A DNA stretch of 64,000 nucleotides from Spirochaetota bacterium (GTDB lineage: Bacteria > Spirochaetota > UBA4802 > UBA5550), in the NCBI GenBank assembly GCA_963664815.2, contig CAXXHB010000003.1:3904001-3968000 (forward strand). The letters are read 5' to 3'. Below, in pieces: positions 49,064 through 59,545 of this stretch. The notes below the pieces were generated by a model that was given only the letters and a program-made list of their open reading frames with translations, made no database searches and had not been told where the DNA came from. Within the stretch, counting starts at the first letter, position 1. The number at the start of each line of letters is the position of its first letter. Made by a program: the position numbers and the translations under genes.

Positions 49064-50698
49064 TTATCTTTTTTTCTGATCAATCTCCCTGAGAGCCTTC
49101 CTGTCCATCTTTCCTATTGATGTTTTTGGAATATCATCAGTGAACTCTATAAATTCAGGGCATTTGTACGGGGCAAGCTGTTGTTTACAGAACTCCCTGA
49201 TTTCGCTTTCAGTAAGCTTCTCATTATCATAAAGCACAACATAGGCTTTTACTGTCTCACCTGACTGCTCATGAGGCACCCCGATTGTACATGCCTCTTT
49301 GATTTTAGGATGTGAGTAGAGAACCTCGTCAACATCCCGTGGATAGACATTAAATCCGCTTCTGATTATCATATCCTTCTTTCTGTCAACGATAAAGACA
49401 TATCCCTCATCATCCATATACCCGATGTCACCAGTGAACAGGTATCCGTTTTTATCAAAAACTTTTGCAGTCTCTGAGGGATTGTTCCAGTACTCCTTCA
49501 TAACCTGAGGACCCTTTGCGAGTATCTCGCCGGCCTGACCAAGTGGCATCTCCTTTGTACTGTCATCAACATCGACAATTTTTATAAATGTATTCGGGAT
49601 TGGCACACCTACACTTCCCACTTTCGGCCGGTTTACAGGATTAATTGTAACAATATTTGTTGTCTCCGAGCTGCCGTATCCCTCCATTACACCAGCCCCG
49701 GATATCTCTTTAAGTCTTTTAATTGATTCAACCGGCAGCGGTGCTGACCCGCAGAAAAAGCCCTTTATATTCTTAAGCTTCGATGATGCTATATCGGGAT
49801 GAAGTATCATGGCATTAACAAGACGTGGAATTGTGCACCATACAGTCGGCTCATGCTTGTTGATATTCTGAAGAATGAGATTAACATCAGGCTGTGCAAC
49901 CAGTACAATAGATCCCCCCCCGAGGAGAGTTGTGTTTACATTTGTGTTCCATCCATACACATGAAACAGGGGTATTACGCAGAGATTCTTCATATCCGCA
50001 ATATCAAGTACTCCGCCGATCCATAATCCATTCTGCAGACACATGGAGAGTATATTCCTGTTCGACAGGCAGCACCCTTTTGAAACACCGGTTGTACCAC
50101 CGGTATATTGAAGCATGGCAACATCGTCAGATTTTATTTCAACTGAAGGCTCCTCATCTCTTCCATCTTTTATCAGATTGTCAAAATCGTAACAATTATC
50201 GCCCCCTTTAACAGCTGGTGCGCCCTGCGGATTAACTATTACAACCTTTTTGAGACAGCAATCCGGATCCTTCTGAAGTGCAAAAGCCTTTTCAGCAAAC
50301 ATCGACAATACTATACATATCTCCGAAGTACAGTCATTTATCTGCTGTTTCAGCTCAGAAAATGTATACAGGGGATTCAACCCCACATTTATTGTTCCTG
50401 ATTTATATCCCGCATGGATTGCTATGACATGCTGCGGAATATTTGGAAGCAGAAATACAATCCTGTCACCCTTTTCTGCTTTGAGTTTATCAGTAAAAGC
50501 ATTTGCAAGTTTCCTTGAAAGTGTATTCACCATTCCATACGACAACTGTACGTCTCCAAAATAGAGATATGTTTTATCAGGCCGCTTTTTAACATTCCGT
50601 ATAAACCAGTCTTTCACCGCATCATCGGGAACTGTTATCTCCTTCGGCATCTGCTCGTCATAATATTTAAGCCAGAAATTGCTTTCATAAACAGACAT
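49064..50698 (-). CDS. Long-chain-fatty-acid--CoA ligase (FadD-like)
   Basis: LQYTGGTTGVSKG, EGYG.SET, TGDIG, DRKKDMI..SGFNVYP, PKT.IGK. RBS AGGAGG. Confidence 0.95.
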   Translation of the reverse strand: MSVYESNFWLKYYDEQMPKEITVPDDAVKDWFIRNVKKRPDKTYLYFGDVQLSYGMVNTLSRKLANAFTDKLKAEKGDRIVFLLPNIPQHVIAIHAGYKSGTINVGLNPLYTFSELKQQINDCTSEICIVLSMFAEKAFALQKDPDCCLKKVVIVNPQGAPAVKGGDNCYDFDNLIKDGRDEEPSVEIKSDDVAMLQYTGGTTGVSKGCCLSNRNILSMCLQNGLWIGGVLDIADMKNLCVIPLFHVYGWNTNVNTTLLGGGSIVLVAQPDVNLILQNINKHEPTVWCTIPRLVNAMILHPDIASSKLKNIKGFFCGSAPLPVESIKRLKEISGAGVMEGYGSSETTNIVTINPVNRPKVGSVGVPIPNTFIKIVDVDDSTKEMPLGQAGEILAKGPQVMKEYWNNPSETAKVFDKNGYLFTGDIGYMDDEGYVFIVDRKKDMIIRSGFNVYPRDVDEVLYSHPKIKEACTIGVPHEQSGETVKAYVVLYDNEKLTESEIREFCKQQLAPYKCPEFIEFTDDIPKTSIGKMDRKALREIDQKKR

Positions 50699-50968
50699 AA
50701 TATCCTCCTACCTTTATCTATATACTCTTGCGGAAAGAATCATGACAGGGAAAACAAAGTTTTACATTTTAAAACCAGCAACCCTGCATTAATTATTACC
50801 GGTTAAAATTATAAGTCTTAGAAAAAAAATTTCATCCATATATATATATCATAAAGAAATATCTTGAAATTCATTGTTTTTTTGTTAAATTTTATTGTTG
50901 AAAATGATCTTACCTATACGCAACATACAGCAAATATAAATAAAAACTTCTGCCTTAAAGGATAGCAG

Positions 50969-52090
50969 ATGGAAGACCTGTTAAATCTTATGCTATTTTA
51001 TGGATTTTTCCTTGGAATAACACTCGCAATAGGGCATCTCTCTTTGAAAAAAGAGAAAAAAAGTGGCTACCTGTATACAGTGTCAATTTTTACAATGGGA
51101 CTCTGCCTTTTAAATATGGCACTATATTCGACAAGGATGATAAGATACTACGAGTATTACTGCACGGCATTGCTCCCGGTTTCATACTTCGCAACTGCAA
51201 GCCAGTATGTCAGATACAAGATTCTCATTACACCGGGAGATCAACACACATCACATAATTGGAGCTATTATCTGCCGGCCATTATTGTTTTTTTTATAAT
51301 ACTTATTCCGGCGTTGAATTCCGACCTTGATTACAACCCTAATATGATACGGTTTTATCCTGTCCTTAACAGTGAATTTAAAGAGCTTCAACTTTACTAC
51401 AAAATACTTTTACTGCTGTATCCGCTGCTTAGCATTCTTCATTTTATCCTGTTCTCACTGTCTCTCATAGACGCATCATTTATATGGAACAGAAAAAATT
51501 CACACCAGAATCTGATAGTCTTCAAGTCTTTGTATGTATGCGGACTGCTTATCTGTCTTTCATCCTGTTTTGCTTTCGCAGGTTGTCTCTACTCCCTCAA
51601 TCTGGTAAAGGCTGGAATATTTATCGGAACTACCGGGATGCTTCTTACATATATCTTTGCAGTACGTTACCCGAAGTTCAGCATAAAACTGCACGAAGAA
51701 GTCCAGAGATACAGGTACATGAAGTCAAAGATCAAAGGGCTTGATGTCATAGAAATAATCGGTAAACTCGAACATGCAATGAAGATAGAAAGAGCATATG
51801 CAGTAGAGGGGATAACCATAAGAGATATGGCCACTGAACTTGGTGTAACAGTACATCAGCTATCAGAGATTCTTAACAACCATATGGGTAAAAATTTCAA
51901 TTCATATATTAACAGCTACCGGATTGAAGAATCCAAAAAACTTCTCCTTGAAAAACCGGAAATGAGTATAATTGTCATTTCGGGGGACGTAGGATTCAGT
52001 TCTTCATCAATGTTCAGTACAATTTTTTCAAAAATTGAGGGTTTGTCACCAAGAGAATTCCGTAAAATTAAGAATATTTGTAAAAAATAA
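50969..52090 (+). CDS. Membrane-anchored (about 7 TM) AraC-family regulator
   Basis: TM region; RYMKSKIKGLD linker; HQLSEILN, NFNSYINSYRIEE, VGFSS; divergent from the acyl-CoA ligase. Confidence 0.93.
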   Translation: MEDLLNLMLFYGFFLGITLAIGHLSLKKEKKSGYLYTVSIFTMGLCLLNMALYSTRMIRYYEYYCTALLPVSYFATASQYVRYKILITPGDQHTSHNWSYYLPAIIVFFIILIPALNSDLDYNPNMIRFYPVLNSEFKELQLYYKILLLLYPLLSILHFILFSLSLIDASFIWNRKNSHQNLIVFKSLYVCGLLICLSSCFAFAGCLYSLNLVKAGIFIGTTGMLLTYIFAVRYPKFSIKLHEEVQRYRYMKSKIKGLDVIEIIGKLEHAMKIERAYAVEGITIRDMATELGVTVHQLSEILNNHMGKNFNSYINSYRIEESKKLLLEKPEMSIIVISGDVGFSSSSMFSTIFSKIEGLSPREFRKIKNICKK

Positions 52091-52308
52091 AGATTAATCT
52101 TTCTTTCAGTCAGTAATGTTATTTTAAAAAAAACTCTTAAAAAAAATATTTTTGCAACTTTTATTGGTTATATTGGTTATTAAGTTTGAATTAATTTTTA
52201 TAGAACATTAAAAAACCTTGCGTTTCCGCAGATTAAAACATGATGATATTTAAGATATTCACTAATAATTAAAAACTATATTTTTATTTAAGATACTATG
52301 AGGATGAT

Positions 52309-54843
52309 ATGGACACAAGTTTATACAGACGGGATATTTATACTGCAACAAGAGATATTTGTGAAAAACACTCAGATAACACGCTTTTTTATTATTCAGG
52401 AGATAAAATTTCTTATAACGAAACTTTCAGCCTGGTAAATAAACGCTCCGCATTCCTGATAAAAAATGGATTTGCAAAAGATGATATAATCGGCATACTT
52501 TCCGGCAGTTCTCCGGAATGGTGTATTACTTTTCTTGCTATAACAGCAATTGGTGCAGTCGCCCTTCCCCTGGACACCAGTTTTCAAAGCGACCAGTATG
52601 AATCAATGGTGAAAAGCGCCGGGGCAAAAGCTGTTTTTGTTTCAGATGAATTTTCAGACAAGATTAGATCGATACCCTGCATGGAAATCAGCAAAAATGC
52701 CTGTATTGATGATGAAAAATTTTTTACTCCGATACAAATCCCATATAATAATATTGCTGCTCTGCTTTTCACATCAGGAACAACCGGATCTCCGAAGATT
52801 GTTCAGCTTTCTCACATGAATATTCTTCATATAGCATATGTCTGCACCGACCTTGAGGAATATACTGCTGAAGACGTCACTCTGGCGATTCTCCCGCTTT
52901 TTCACGTTTATGCCTTTGAATCGACATTTATGGCGCCGCTTGTCACAGGGAGTTCCATTGTTATGCAGAATTCCCTTAAAGGACCGGATATTATGAAATC
53001 GCTTGCTGATTTTCCTGTTACCATTTTTCCTGCGGCTCCACTTATGTGGGAACTTTTTTTCAACGCAATTGCAAACAGGGCAAAAGCTCAATCAATGCTT
53101 AAATACCGGATATTTATGTTCTTTGCCAACAATGCACGGGTTTTGCGGTTGTTCGGTCTCGGCTTTATTGTAAAAAAAATATTTACTCCGGTACACGATG
53201 TATTCGGTAAATCCCACCGCTTTTTTATAAGCGGCGGCGCCCCGATGAAAAGGGAATATTTCAATTATTACAAAAACATGGGATTTAATATTATGGAGGG
53301 ATATGGACTGTCCGAAACAACAGGTCCGATAGCCATACCTTATTATAAAAGTGCAATAGCCGGATCTGTCGGTGCCCCAATAGCAGGAAATGAGGTCATA
53401 ATAAAACATATCAATGAAGACCGTATAGGTGAAATATGCTTCAAGGGTGATGCTGTTATGCCGGGATATTTTAAAAATGATGAAGCTACAGGTTCCGCTT
53501 TTGATGAAAACGGCTATTTCCGGACAGGAGATCTCGGGCGGCTTGACCGCAAAGGGAATATCTATATAACAGGAAGAATGAAAAACGTCATTGTTCTTGA
53601 CAGCGGCAAAAAGGTATACCCCGAAGAGCTGGAATTTTATTTCAGGGAATCTGAGATGATTGCCGAGATCGCGGTCTTTGAAAAAGTGACAAACAACAGA
53701 ACCGGTGTTTTTGCAGTGATTGTACCTTCTGTTAAATCTCATGAAAGTTACAGTATCATACGTTCAGAGATTGAAATCCTGAATAAAAATCTGCCCGACT
53801 ACAAAAAAATCAAACAGTTTGCAGTATCATTTGATGAACTTCCTAAGAATTCAACAAAAAAAATATTATACAGAGAAATTAACACCCTGCTTGACCAGGG
53901 TGTTTACCAGGTTAACGACACAGGAGCGCCCGTACTGCGTGATTTGTTCAGACCAGGAACTATTGAGGAAGAACATACTGCCAATCTGCTTAAAGAACTT
54001 CTGAAAACAGACTTGCTGTTTGCCAACCAGACACTTGCTGATTTTAACATAGACTCTCTCGGAACAGTTGACCTCATGGTACGCCTTGAACAGAGACTGG
54101 ATATTGTAATCAATATAAAAGAATTTGTAAAAAAGCAGACTATCACCGACATAATAACCTACCTGATGTCTCTTGAGAAAACCGGTGGTGAACCTATTGA
54201 AGAAAGAATCCTGAGGGGAAAAATTGAAACAAAACCTCATCTATTCTTTAATCCGATGCATCATGTTGCCATAGGTATCCTCGGCGGGCTTTCAAGATTA
54301 TTCTGGAAGATAAAAGTGTTTAATGATGAAAACCTTGTATTGAATAATAAAATTATTGTGGCAAATCACCAGTCTTACCTTGATATGGTCTGGATAAGCT
54401 ATTTTATTCCATCCAGGTATCGTAAGAATGTTTATGCAACTGCCAAGAAAAAACTTTCCTTTCTACGTTTTGTATTCCCTATATTTCCTGTCATATTTGT
54501 TGATGATTCAAACAGTATCGAGGTGCTGAAAGCCAGCGCCGATTTTCTGAGACAGGGTAAGACGCTGATTATTTTCCCGGAAGGTACAAGATCCGAAGAT
54601 GGGAAGATCCAGCAGTTTAAAAGCGGAGCCGCATACCTTGCTAAAAATCTCAATATAAAAGTAATACCTGTTTCTGTAAATGGCGCACATGGCATATGGC
54701 CCAAACAACAGAAATTCCCTACATTTCTGACATCACTGAAAGGAACAGTAACTGTCGGTAAAGAAATTGATCCTTCAGCATACGATTCAGTTGAATCTCT
54801 CAACACAGCACTTGAAGCTGCTGTTATCTCCGGTATGAGTTAA
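52309..54843 (+). CDS. Tri-domain acyl-adenylating enzyme / ACP / PlsC-type acyltransferase
   Basis: FTSGTTGSPK, EGYGLSET, RTGDLG; ACP motif IDSL; NHQSYLD and FPEGTRS. Confidence 0.93.
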   Translation: MDTSLYRRDIYTATRDICEKHSDNTLFYYSGDKISYNETFSLVNKRSAFLIKNGFAKDDIIGILSGSSPEWCITFLAITAIGAVALPLDTSFQSDQYESMVKSAGAKAVFVSDEFSDKIRSIPCMEISKNACIDDEKFFTPIQIPYNNIAALLFTSGTTGSPKIVQLSHMNILHIAYVCTDLEEYTAEDVTLAILPLFHVYAFESTFMAPLVTGSSIVMQNSLKGPDIMKSLADFPVTIFPAAPLMWELFFNAIANRAKAQSMLKYRIFMFFANNARVLRLFGLGFIVKKIFTPVHDVFGKSHRFFISGGAPMKREYFNYYKNMGFNIMEGYGLSETTGPIAIPYYKSAIAGSVGAPIAGNEVIIKHINEDRIGEICFKGDAVMPGYFKNDEATGSAFDENGYFRTGDLGRLDRKGNIYITGRMKNVIVLDSGKKVYPEELEFYFRESEMIAEIAVFEKVTNNRTGVFAVIVPSVKSHESYSIIRSEIEILNKNLPDYKKIKQFAVSFDELPKNSTKKILYREINTLLDQGVYQVNDTGAPVLRDLFRPGTIEEEHTANLLKELLKTDLLFANQTLADFNIDSLGTVDLMVRLEQRLDIVINIKEFVKKQTITDIITYLMSLEKTGGEPIEERILRGKIETKPHLFFNPMHHVAIGILGGLSRLFWKIKVFNDENLVLNNKIIVANHQSYLDMVWISYFIPSRYRKNVYATAKKKLSFLRFVFPIFPVIFVDDSNSIEVLKASADFLRQGKTLIIFPEGTRSEDGKIQQFKSGAAYLAKNLNIKVIPVSVNGAHGIWPKQQKFPTFLTSLKGTVTVGKEIDPSAYDSVESLNTALEAAVISGMS

Positions 54844-54965
54844 ACCGGCATATGGTATAACACTGCCGGATTGCCAATATCAAACTTAATGAATACGCAA
54901 TCCAGCGAAATCTTCGAAAGAGTTTAACGCGTTGGGAACTGCATTAAAAATTCTGTTAGTTATAA

Positions 54966-55002
54966 AACGGGGTGTGATATCCTCAGAACATCACACCCCG
55001 TT
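54966..55002. terminator. Terminator between convergent genes
   Basis: 13-bp stem AACGGGGTGTGAT/ATCACACCCCGTT. Confidence 0.85.
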
Positions 55003-55040
55003 ACTTAATATATAGAGGGACGCCATAAAGCCAGGTAAAT

Positions 55041-56909
55041 CTATTCCGCCAACGCGCCTGTAAAAACAGCATCAGTCGCTTTAACTACCGCTCCTTCATT
55101 AAATCTGAGTGAAGCGAATCTTCCGAAAACTTTATGCAGTTCACTACCAAGGTAATATTGTCCTGAAAGGACTCTGCCTGTATAGAAAGCGGCCTCACCG
55201 TTTTCAGACAGTAACTTTTCTCTTTCAGCTCCTTTAATATCGCCAACCAGTTCTTTCATTTTTGGTATAGCGACAGTCATAGACCATATATGACACCAGG
55301 CAATAGCGACCATATACATAGCCTCCTGAAAAGGAGTTGCATGCATAAAGATATTCAGGAACTGGCCTTTTGCGAGTTGCCCTTTAAGCATCTCAACAAC
55401 TTCATCAAGCTCCTTAAGTGCCTGTGTAAAGATATCAAGATATTTATCCTCCACAATACCTCTAGCTTTAACAACTGCACTTTCCATCTTGGTTTTTAAC
55501 ACTCTGTAGTTATACTGATCTTTGTTCATAAGAATTTTTCTCATCATAAGATCCATGGACTGAATACCGTTTGTCCCTTCATAAATTGCAAGAATTTTGG
55601 CATCACTCATATATCTTACTATCGGGTAATCCCGGCAATAGCCGTATCCGCCATACACCTGCATCGCCATTGATGTAATTTCAACACCTTTATCTGTACA
55701 ACCTGCTTTGCATATAGGCACAAGAATATCAAGAAGAGCTTCCCCCTCTTTCTTTACCTCAGGATCAGAATCCAGCATAATATCTTTCTGCATATACAGG
55801 AAGCTTATAAGTATTCTCTGACCTTCAAGATGTGATTTCATCCACAGGAGCATTCTCTTGACATCGGGATGTTTGCTTATTGATACAAGCGGTGCATCAG
55901 GATTAAGCATCTGGGTAACATCAACACCCTGCAGCCTGTTTTTTGCATATGTTACAGCATGCATATATGCCGCTGAGGCGTTTCCCTGAGACTGGAGCGC
56001 AACACCATAACGCGCACCATTCATCATAAGAAACATAATCTTCATCCCCTGACGTTCTTTTCCCAGCAGGTAACCAATACAGTTTCCATTATCTCCGAAA
56101 GCAAGCTGCGACGTCCCCTGTCCATGAAGACCCATTTTATGTTCTATACCTGTGCATACAACATCGTTAAACTCCCCCTTCGTACCGTCTGGATTAACCC
56201 GGTATTTAGGAACAATGAAGATAGAAATCCCCTTTGTTCCCTTCGGATCTCCCTCTATTCTTGCAAGAACCGGATGTACCATATTGTCAAAATAGTCATT
56301 TTCACCCGATGAAATGAATATTTTCTGCCCTGTTATTTTATATGTTCCATCGGGTTGTTTTACCGCTTTTGTCTTCAGATTTCCCACATCAGATCCCGCC
56401 TCCGGTTCAGTAAGGCACATTGTTCCGCCCCATTCTCCTGACATAATCTTGTCACCATAGAGCCTCTTCTGCTCTTCTGTTCCGAACGTAAAATACAGCT
56501 CCATCGCCCCATGTGACAACCCTGGATACATATTAAGACTATAATTGGATGAAGTTACAAACTCACCAACACCAGCCATTATCGCGCTGGGCATCCCCAT
56601 TCCGCCATTTTCAGGCTCATCACATATTCCCATAAATCCAGCTTCGTAATAAGCATCAAGTGCCGGCTTAAAACATGCCGGGATTTTTACCTCCTTTGTT
56701 ATCGGATCCCATTTAGCTCCATTCTTATCACCCTCGTCTGCAGTTGGATAAAGAACATCAACCGCTATCTGTTCAGCAAGCTCAATAGAAGCTTCAAAAG
56801 TATCATGATCAAAATCTGCAAATTGTGGATAACGGGTAAGTTTATCAATTTCAAGCACTTCAAATAAAACAAATTTTACATCTCTTGTATCGAGTATAGG
56901 ATTAAGCAT
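55041..56909 (-). CDS. Acyl-CoA dehydrogenase (long, FadE5-like type)
   Basis: GTMCLTEPEAGSD, GQKIFIS, IEHKMG, QVYGGYGY, IYEGTNGIQ. RBS GGGAGG. Confidence 0.96.
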   Translation of the reverse strand: MLNPILDTRDVKFVLFEVLEIDKLTRYPQFADFDHDTFEASIELAEQIAVDVLYPTADEGDKNGAKWDPITKEVKIPACFKPALDAYYEAGFMGICDEPENGGMGMPSAIMAGVGEFVTSSNYSLNMYPGLSHGAMELYFTFGTEEQKRLYGDKIMSGEWGGTMCLTEPEAGSDVGNLKTKAVKQPDGTYKITGQKIFISSGENDYFDNMVHPVLARIEGDPKGTKGISIFIVPKYRVNPDGTKGEFNDVVCTGIEHKMGLHGQGTSQLAFGDNGNCIGYLLGKERQGMKIMFLMMNGARYGVALQSQGNASAAYMHAVTYAKNRLQGVDVTQMLNPDAPLVSISKHPDVKRMLLWMKSHLEGQRILISFLYMQKDIMLDSDPEVKKEGEALLDILVPICKAGCTDKGVEITSMAMQVYGGYGYCRDYPIVRYMSDAKILAIYEGTNGIQSMDLMMRKILMNKDQYNYRVLKTKMESAVVKARGIVEDKYLDIFTQALKELDEVVEMLKGQLAKGQFLNIFMHATPFQEAMYMVAIAWCHIWSMTVAIPKMKELVGDIKGAEREKLLSENGEAAFYTGRVLSGQYYLGSELHKVFGRFASLRFNEGAVVKATDAVFTGALAE

Positions 56910-57060
56910 ATCAGCCTCCCTTTTTTAAAATATATTTGTTTTACGGCGGATAAGATTAACGATGTAATTACCGCTGATTGTGCAATTCTATCTTCCGGGG
57001 AAATCCTATCCGCCGTATGGTTGATGCAGGTTTTTCAGCCGACATCAGAAATTTGTTAAC

Positions 57061-57087
57061 TGAACATTCATTCAATATAAATGTCAA
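57061..57087 (-). promoter_or_regulatory. Sigma70-type -35 (TTGACA) with overlapping TetR/FadR-like palindrome TGAATGAATGTTCA
   Basis: Minus-strand TTGACA at 57087-57082; TGAA-N6-TTCA at 57061-57074 in the divergent ACAD/CoA-transferase gap. Confidence 0.55.
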
Positions 57088-57245
57088 TATTTTTTTGAAT
57101 TTCCTGCATAAAAATACAGCTGTCTCTGCAGGAGGACTTCCACTGCAAAAATCTGTTCATAAACCGGAAATAACTTGATTTTAAAAACTGTTTATTAAAC
57201 ATCTGTTTTACCGACTATAAAACATAATAATGGCAGAATAATTTT

Positions 57246-58571
57246 ATGAAATTGATGGAAGAATACAGAAATAAGCTCAGAACTGCAGAACAGGTAGCAT
57301 CAGAAATAATCTCCGGCGATACAGTAGACTATGTAGGAATGTCCGGTACTCCTGTCGAGCTGGACCGCGCAATTGCATCACGTGCCGGGGAATTAAACAA
57401 TGTAACCGTAAGAGTTGGCTCATTCCCCGGAATAACAGAGCTTTACAGACAGGATCCCCGGGGAGAATCATTCCGCTTCCACAACCTTCACCTTGTAGCT
57501 GGTGACAGAAAACTGTATGAAGAGGGCTTCTGTGATTTTATCCCGAATATTTACAGTGAACGGCCGATTTTATTCGACAGGTACCTGGACACGGATTACC
57601 TGATGATAAGAACAGCACCAATGGACTCGCGCGGATTCTTCAACTATGGACTTTGCAATTCAGACACAGACGGAATTATGAACAGGGCAAAAAAGATTGC
57701 CGTAGAGATAAACGAAAACATTCCATACTGCTACGGAGGATATAACGAATCAGTGCATATATCACGTGTAGACAGAATAGTTGAAAGCGGTAATTCCCCC
57801 GCGTTCACAATCAATGAGGCAGATCCTTCAGATATCGATCAGAAGATAGCCGGCAATTTAATAAACGAAATAAGAGACGGCTCATGTATTCAGCTTGGCA
57901 TAGGTGCACTTCCCAATGCAGTGGGTAAACTACTTGTAAGTTCAGATCTTAAAGACCTTGGAGTTCACACAGAAATGATGGCTGATGCATATGTTGACCT
58001 TTACGAATCGGGAAAGATAACCGGGAGAATGAAAAAAAACGAGCCGGGCAAAATGGTATATACATTCGCCCTCGGTACAAAGAGGTTATATGAGTTTCTT
58101 CACCACAACGCAGCATGCGCATCTTTTCCCGTAAGATATGTAAACAGTATAAAGGCTATCGCGGCAAATGACAGGATGATCTCAATCAATAACGCTCTTG
58201 AGGTTGATCTTTTCGGACAGGTATCATCCGAATCTCATGCCGGGAAACAGATTTCAGGCACAGGTGGGCAGTGGGATTACCATTACGGCTCCTTCTATTC
58301 AAACGGGGGGAAGAGTTTCATCTGCCTCCACTCTGCGTATACGGATAAAAAAGGCATACTCCGTTCACGGATTGTACCATCTTTCAGCGAAGGAACTGCT
58401 GTAACTATTCCGCGGTCACAGGTATTCAACATTGCCACTGAATATGGAATAGTTGATCTTAAGGGTAAAAGCGTTCGAGAAAGGGCCGAGGCACTTATAA
58501 GCATCGCTCACCCCGATTTCAGGGATTGGCTTGTAAAAGAGGGGGACAGAGTTGGCATCTGGAGGAAATGA
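57246..58571 (+). CDS. Acetyl-CoA hydrolase/transferase family CoA-transferase (Cat2/But-like)
   Basis: IQLGIGALPNAVG, LGVHTEM (catalytic Glu), ISGTGGQ, ATEYG, IAHPDFR. Confidence 0.94.
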   Translation: MKLMEEYRNKLRTAEQVASEIISGDTVDYVGMSGTPVELDRAIASRAGELNNVTVRVGSFPGITELYRQDPRGESFRFHNLHLVAGDRKLYEEGFCDFIPNIYSERPILFDRYLDTDYLMIRTAPMDSRGFFNYGLCNSDTDGIMNRAKKIAVEINENIPYCYGGYNESVHISRVDRIVESGNSPAFTINEADPSDIDQKIAGNLINEIRDGSCIQLGIGALPNAVGKLLVSSDLKDLGVHTEMMADAYVDLYESGKITGRMKKNEPGKMVYTFALGTKRLYEFLHHNAACASFPVRYVNSIKAIAANDRMISINNALEVDLFGQVSSESHAGKQISGTGGQWDYHYGSFYSNGGKSFICLHSAYTDKKGILRSRIVPSFSEGTAVTIPRSQVFNIATEYGIVDLKGKSVRERAEALISIAHPDFRDWLVKEGDRVGIWRK

Positions 58572-58808
58572 GTGTCCGCTCATTTCATTTCCCGCAATGG
58601 GATTTAAATAAAACCTGCCCCGGGTTATGCCTTCAGATCAGTTGATATACACTGCGATGTCTGTTAATGCACAGTATATCAATTGTTTAATTGCCATCCG
58701 GAGGCTGTCAGACTATAATAGTGAATCATGATACAATGAGATCAGTTATATATACACAATAAAAAATGAGTTTACATTATACATCCAGTCTGTTATTTAT
58801 ATTAAGCA

Positions 58809-59480
58809 ATGAAAACTAAACTTTTAAAAACAGTTTCTGCAGCTTTAATAATTATCCTCACACTTTGCATTAAACTCTCCGCATCAGGATTCATAGGGAT
58901 TGGAAGCGGGGCAAATTTCTCCGGTTCAACTTCTGAAGAAGATAATAAATTCAGATCAGGCGCCGGGATTCCATTTATACTCGAATACCAGTATTCGCCT
59001 GAATACAGAGACTCATGGATGTTTAATTCATCATTCAGCTATATACCGGCAATTAATGACGATTCACCGGGAAATGTGATGGTATATACTGCCGGCATAA
59101 TGTATATTAAGCCATTTACATATTACAGAAGCAACATCACTCAGAATACAATGCAGAATAACAGATGCATGGGGGTACTCCTCCTCCCGTTTACAGTGAT
59201 GACAGATACTCTGAATAATTTATTCCAGTTTATAATCCCGCAGCACCCTGAGGGATTCGCAGATTTTGCTTTGATTAAAGAACAGGATGAACCTCTCAAA
59301 CCGGGATTTTCTGCAGGAGCAGGTTTATCCGGAGGGGGAATTGACATCAGATTAAGATATACCCAGAACCTGAGGTACAGCGGCGGGCTCAGACGCGATA
59401 TTTACACTGCCGGAATTGAGTTTACTTTTAATATCCCATTGCAGGAAAAATTTATGAAGATGGAAAACCTTATAGAATAA
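58809..59480 (+). CDS. Exported hypothetical protein, possibly outer-membrane beta-strand-rich
   Basis: Signal peptide; Gly/aromatic alternating segments (GFSAGAGLS, IDIRLRY, AGIEFTF). Confidence 0.65.
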   Translation: MKTKLLKTVSAALIIILTLCIKLSASGFIGIGSGANFSGSTSEEDNKFRSGAGIPFILEYQYSPEYRDSWMFNSSFSYIPAINDDSPGNVMVYTAGIMYIKPFTYYRSNITQNTMQNNRCMGVLLLPFTVMTDTLNNLFQFIIPQHPEGFADFALIKEQDEPLKPGFSAGAGLSGGGIDIRLRYTQNLRYSGGLRRDIYTAGIEFTFNIPLQEKFMKMENLIE

Positions 59481-59545
59481 TGATTGCATCTTTCACAACC
59501 CGGCATAAATTATACTCAGATAATAATTATTCAGGAGACTAAACT

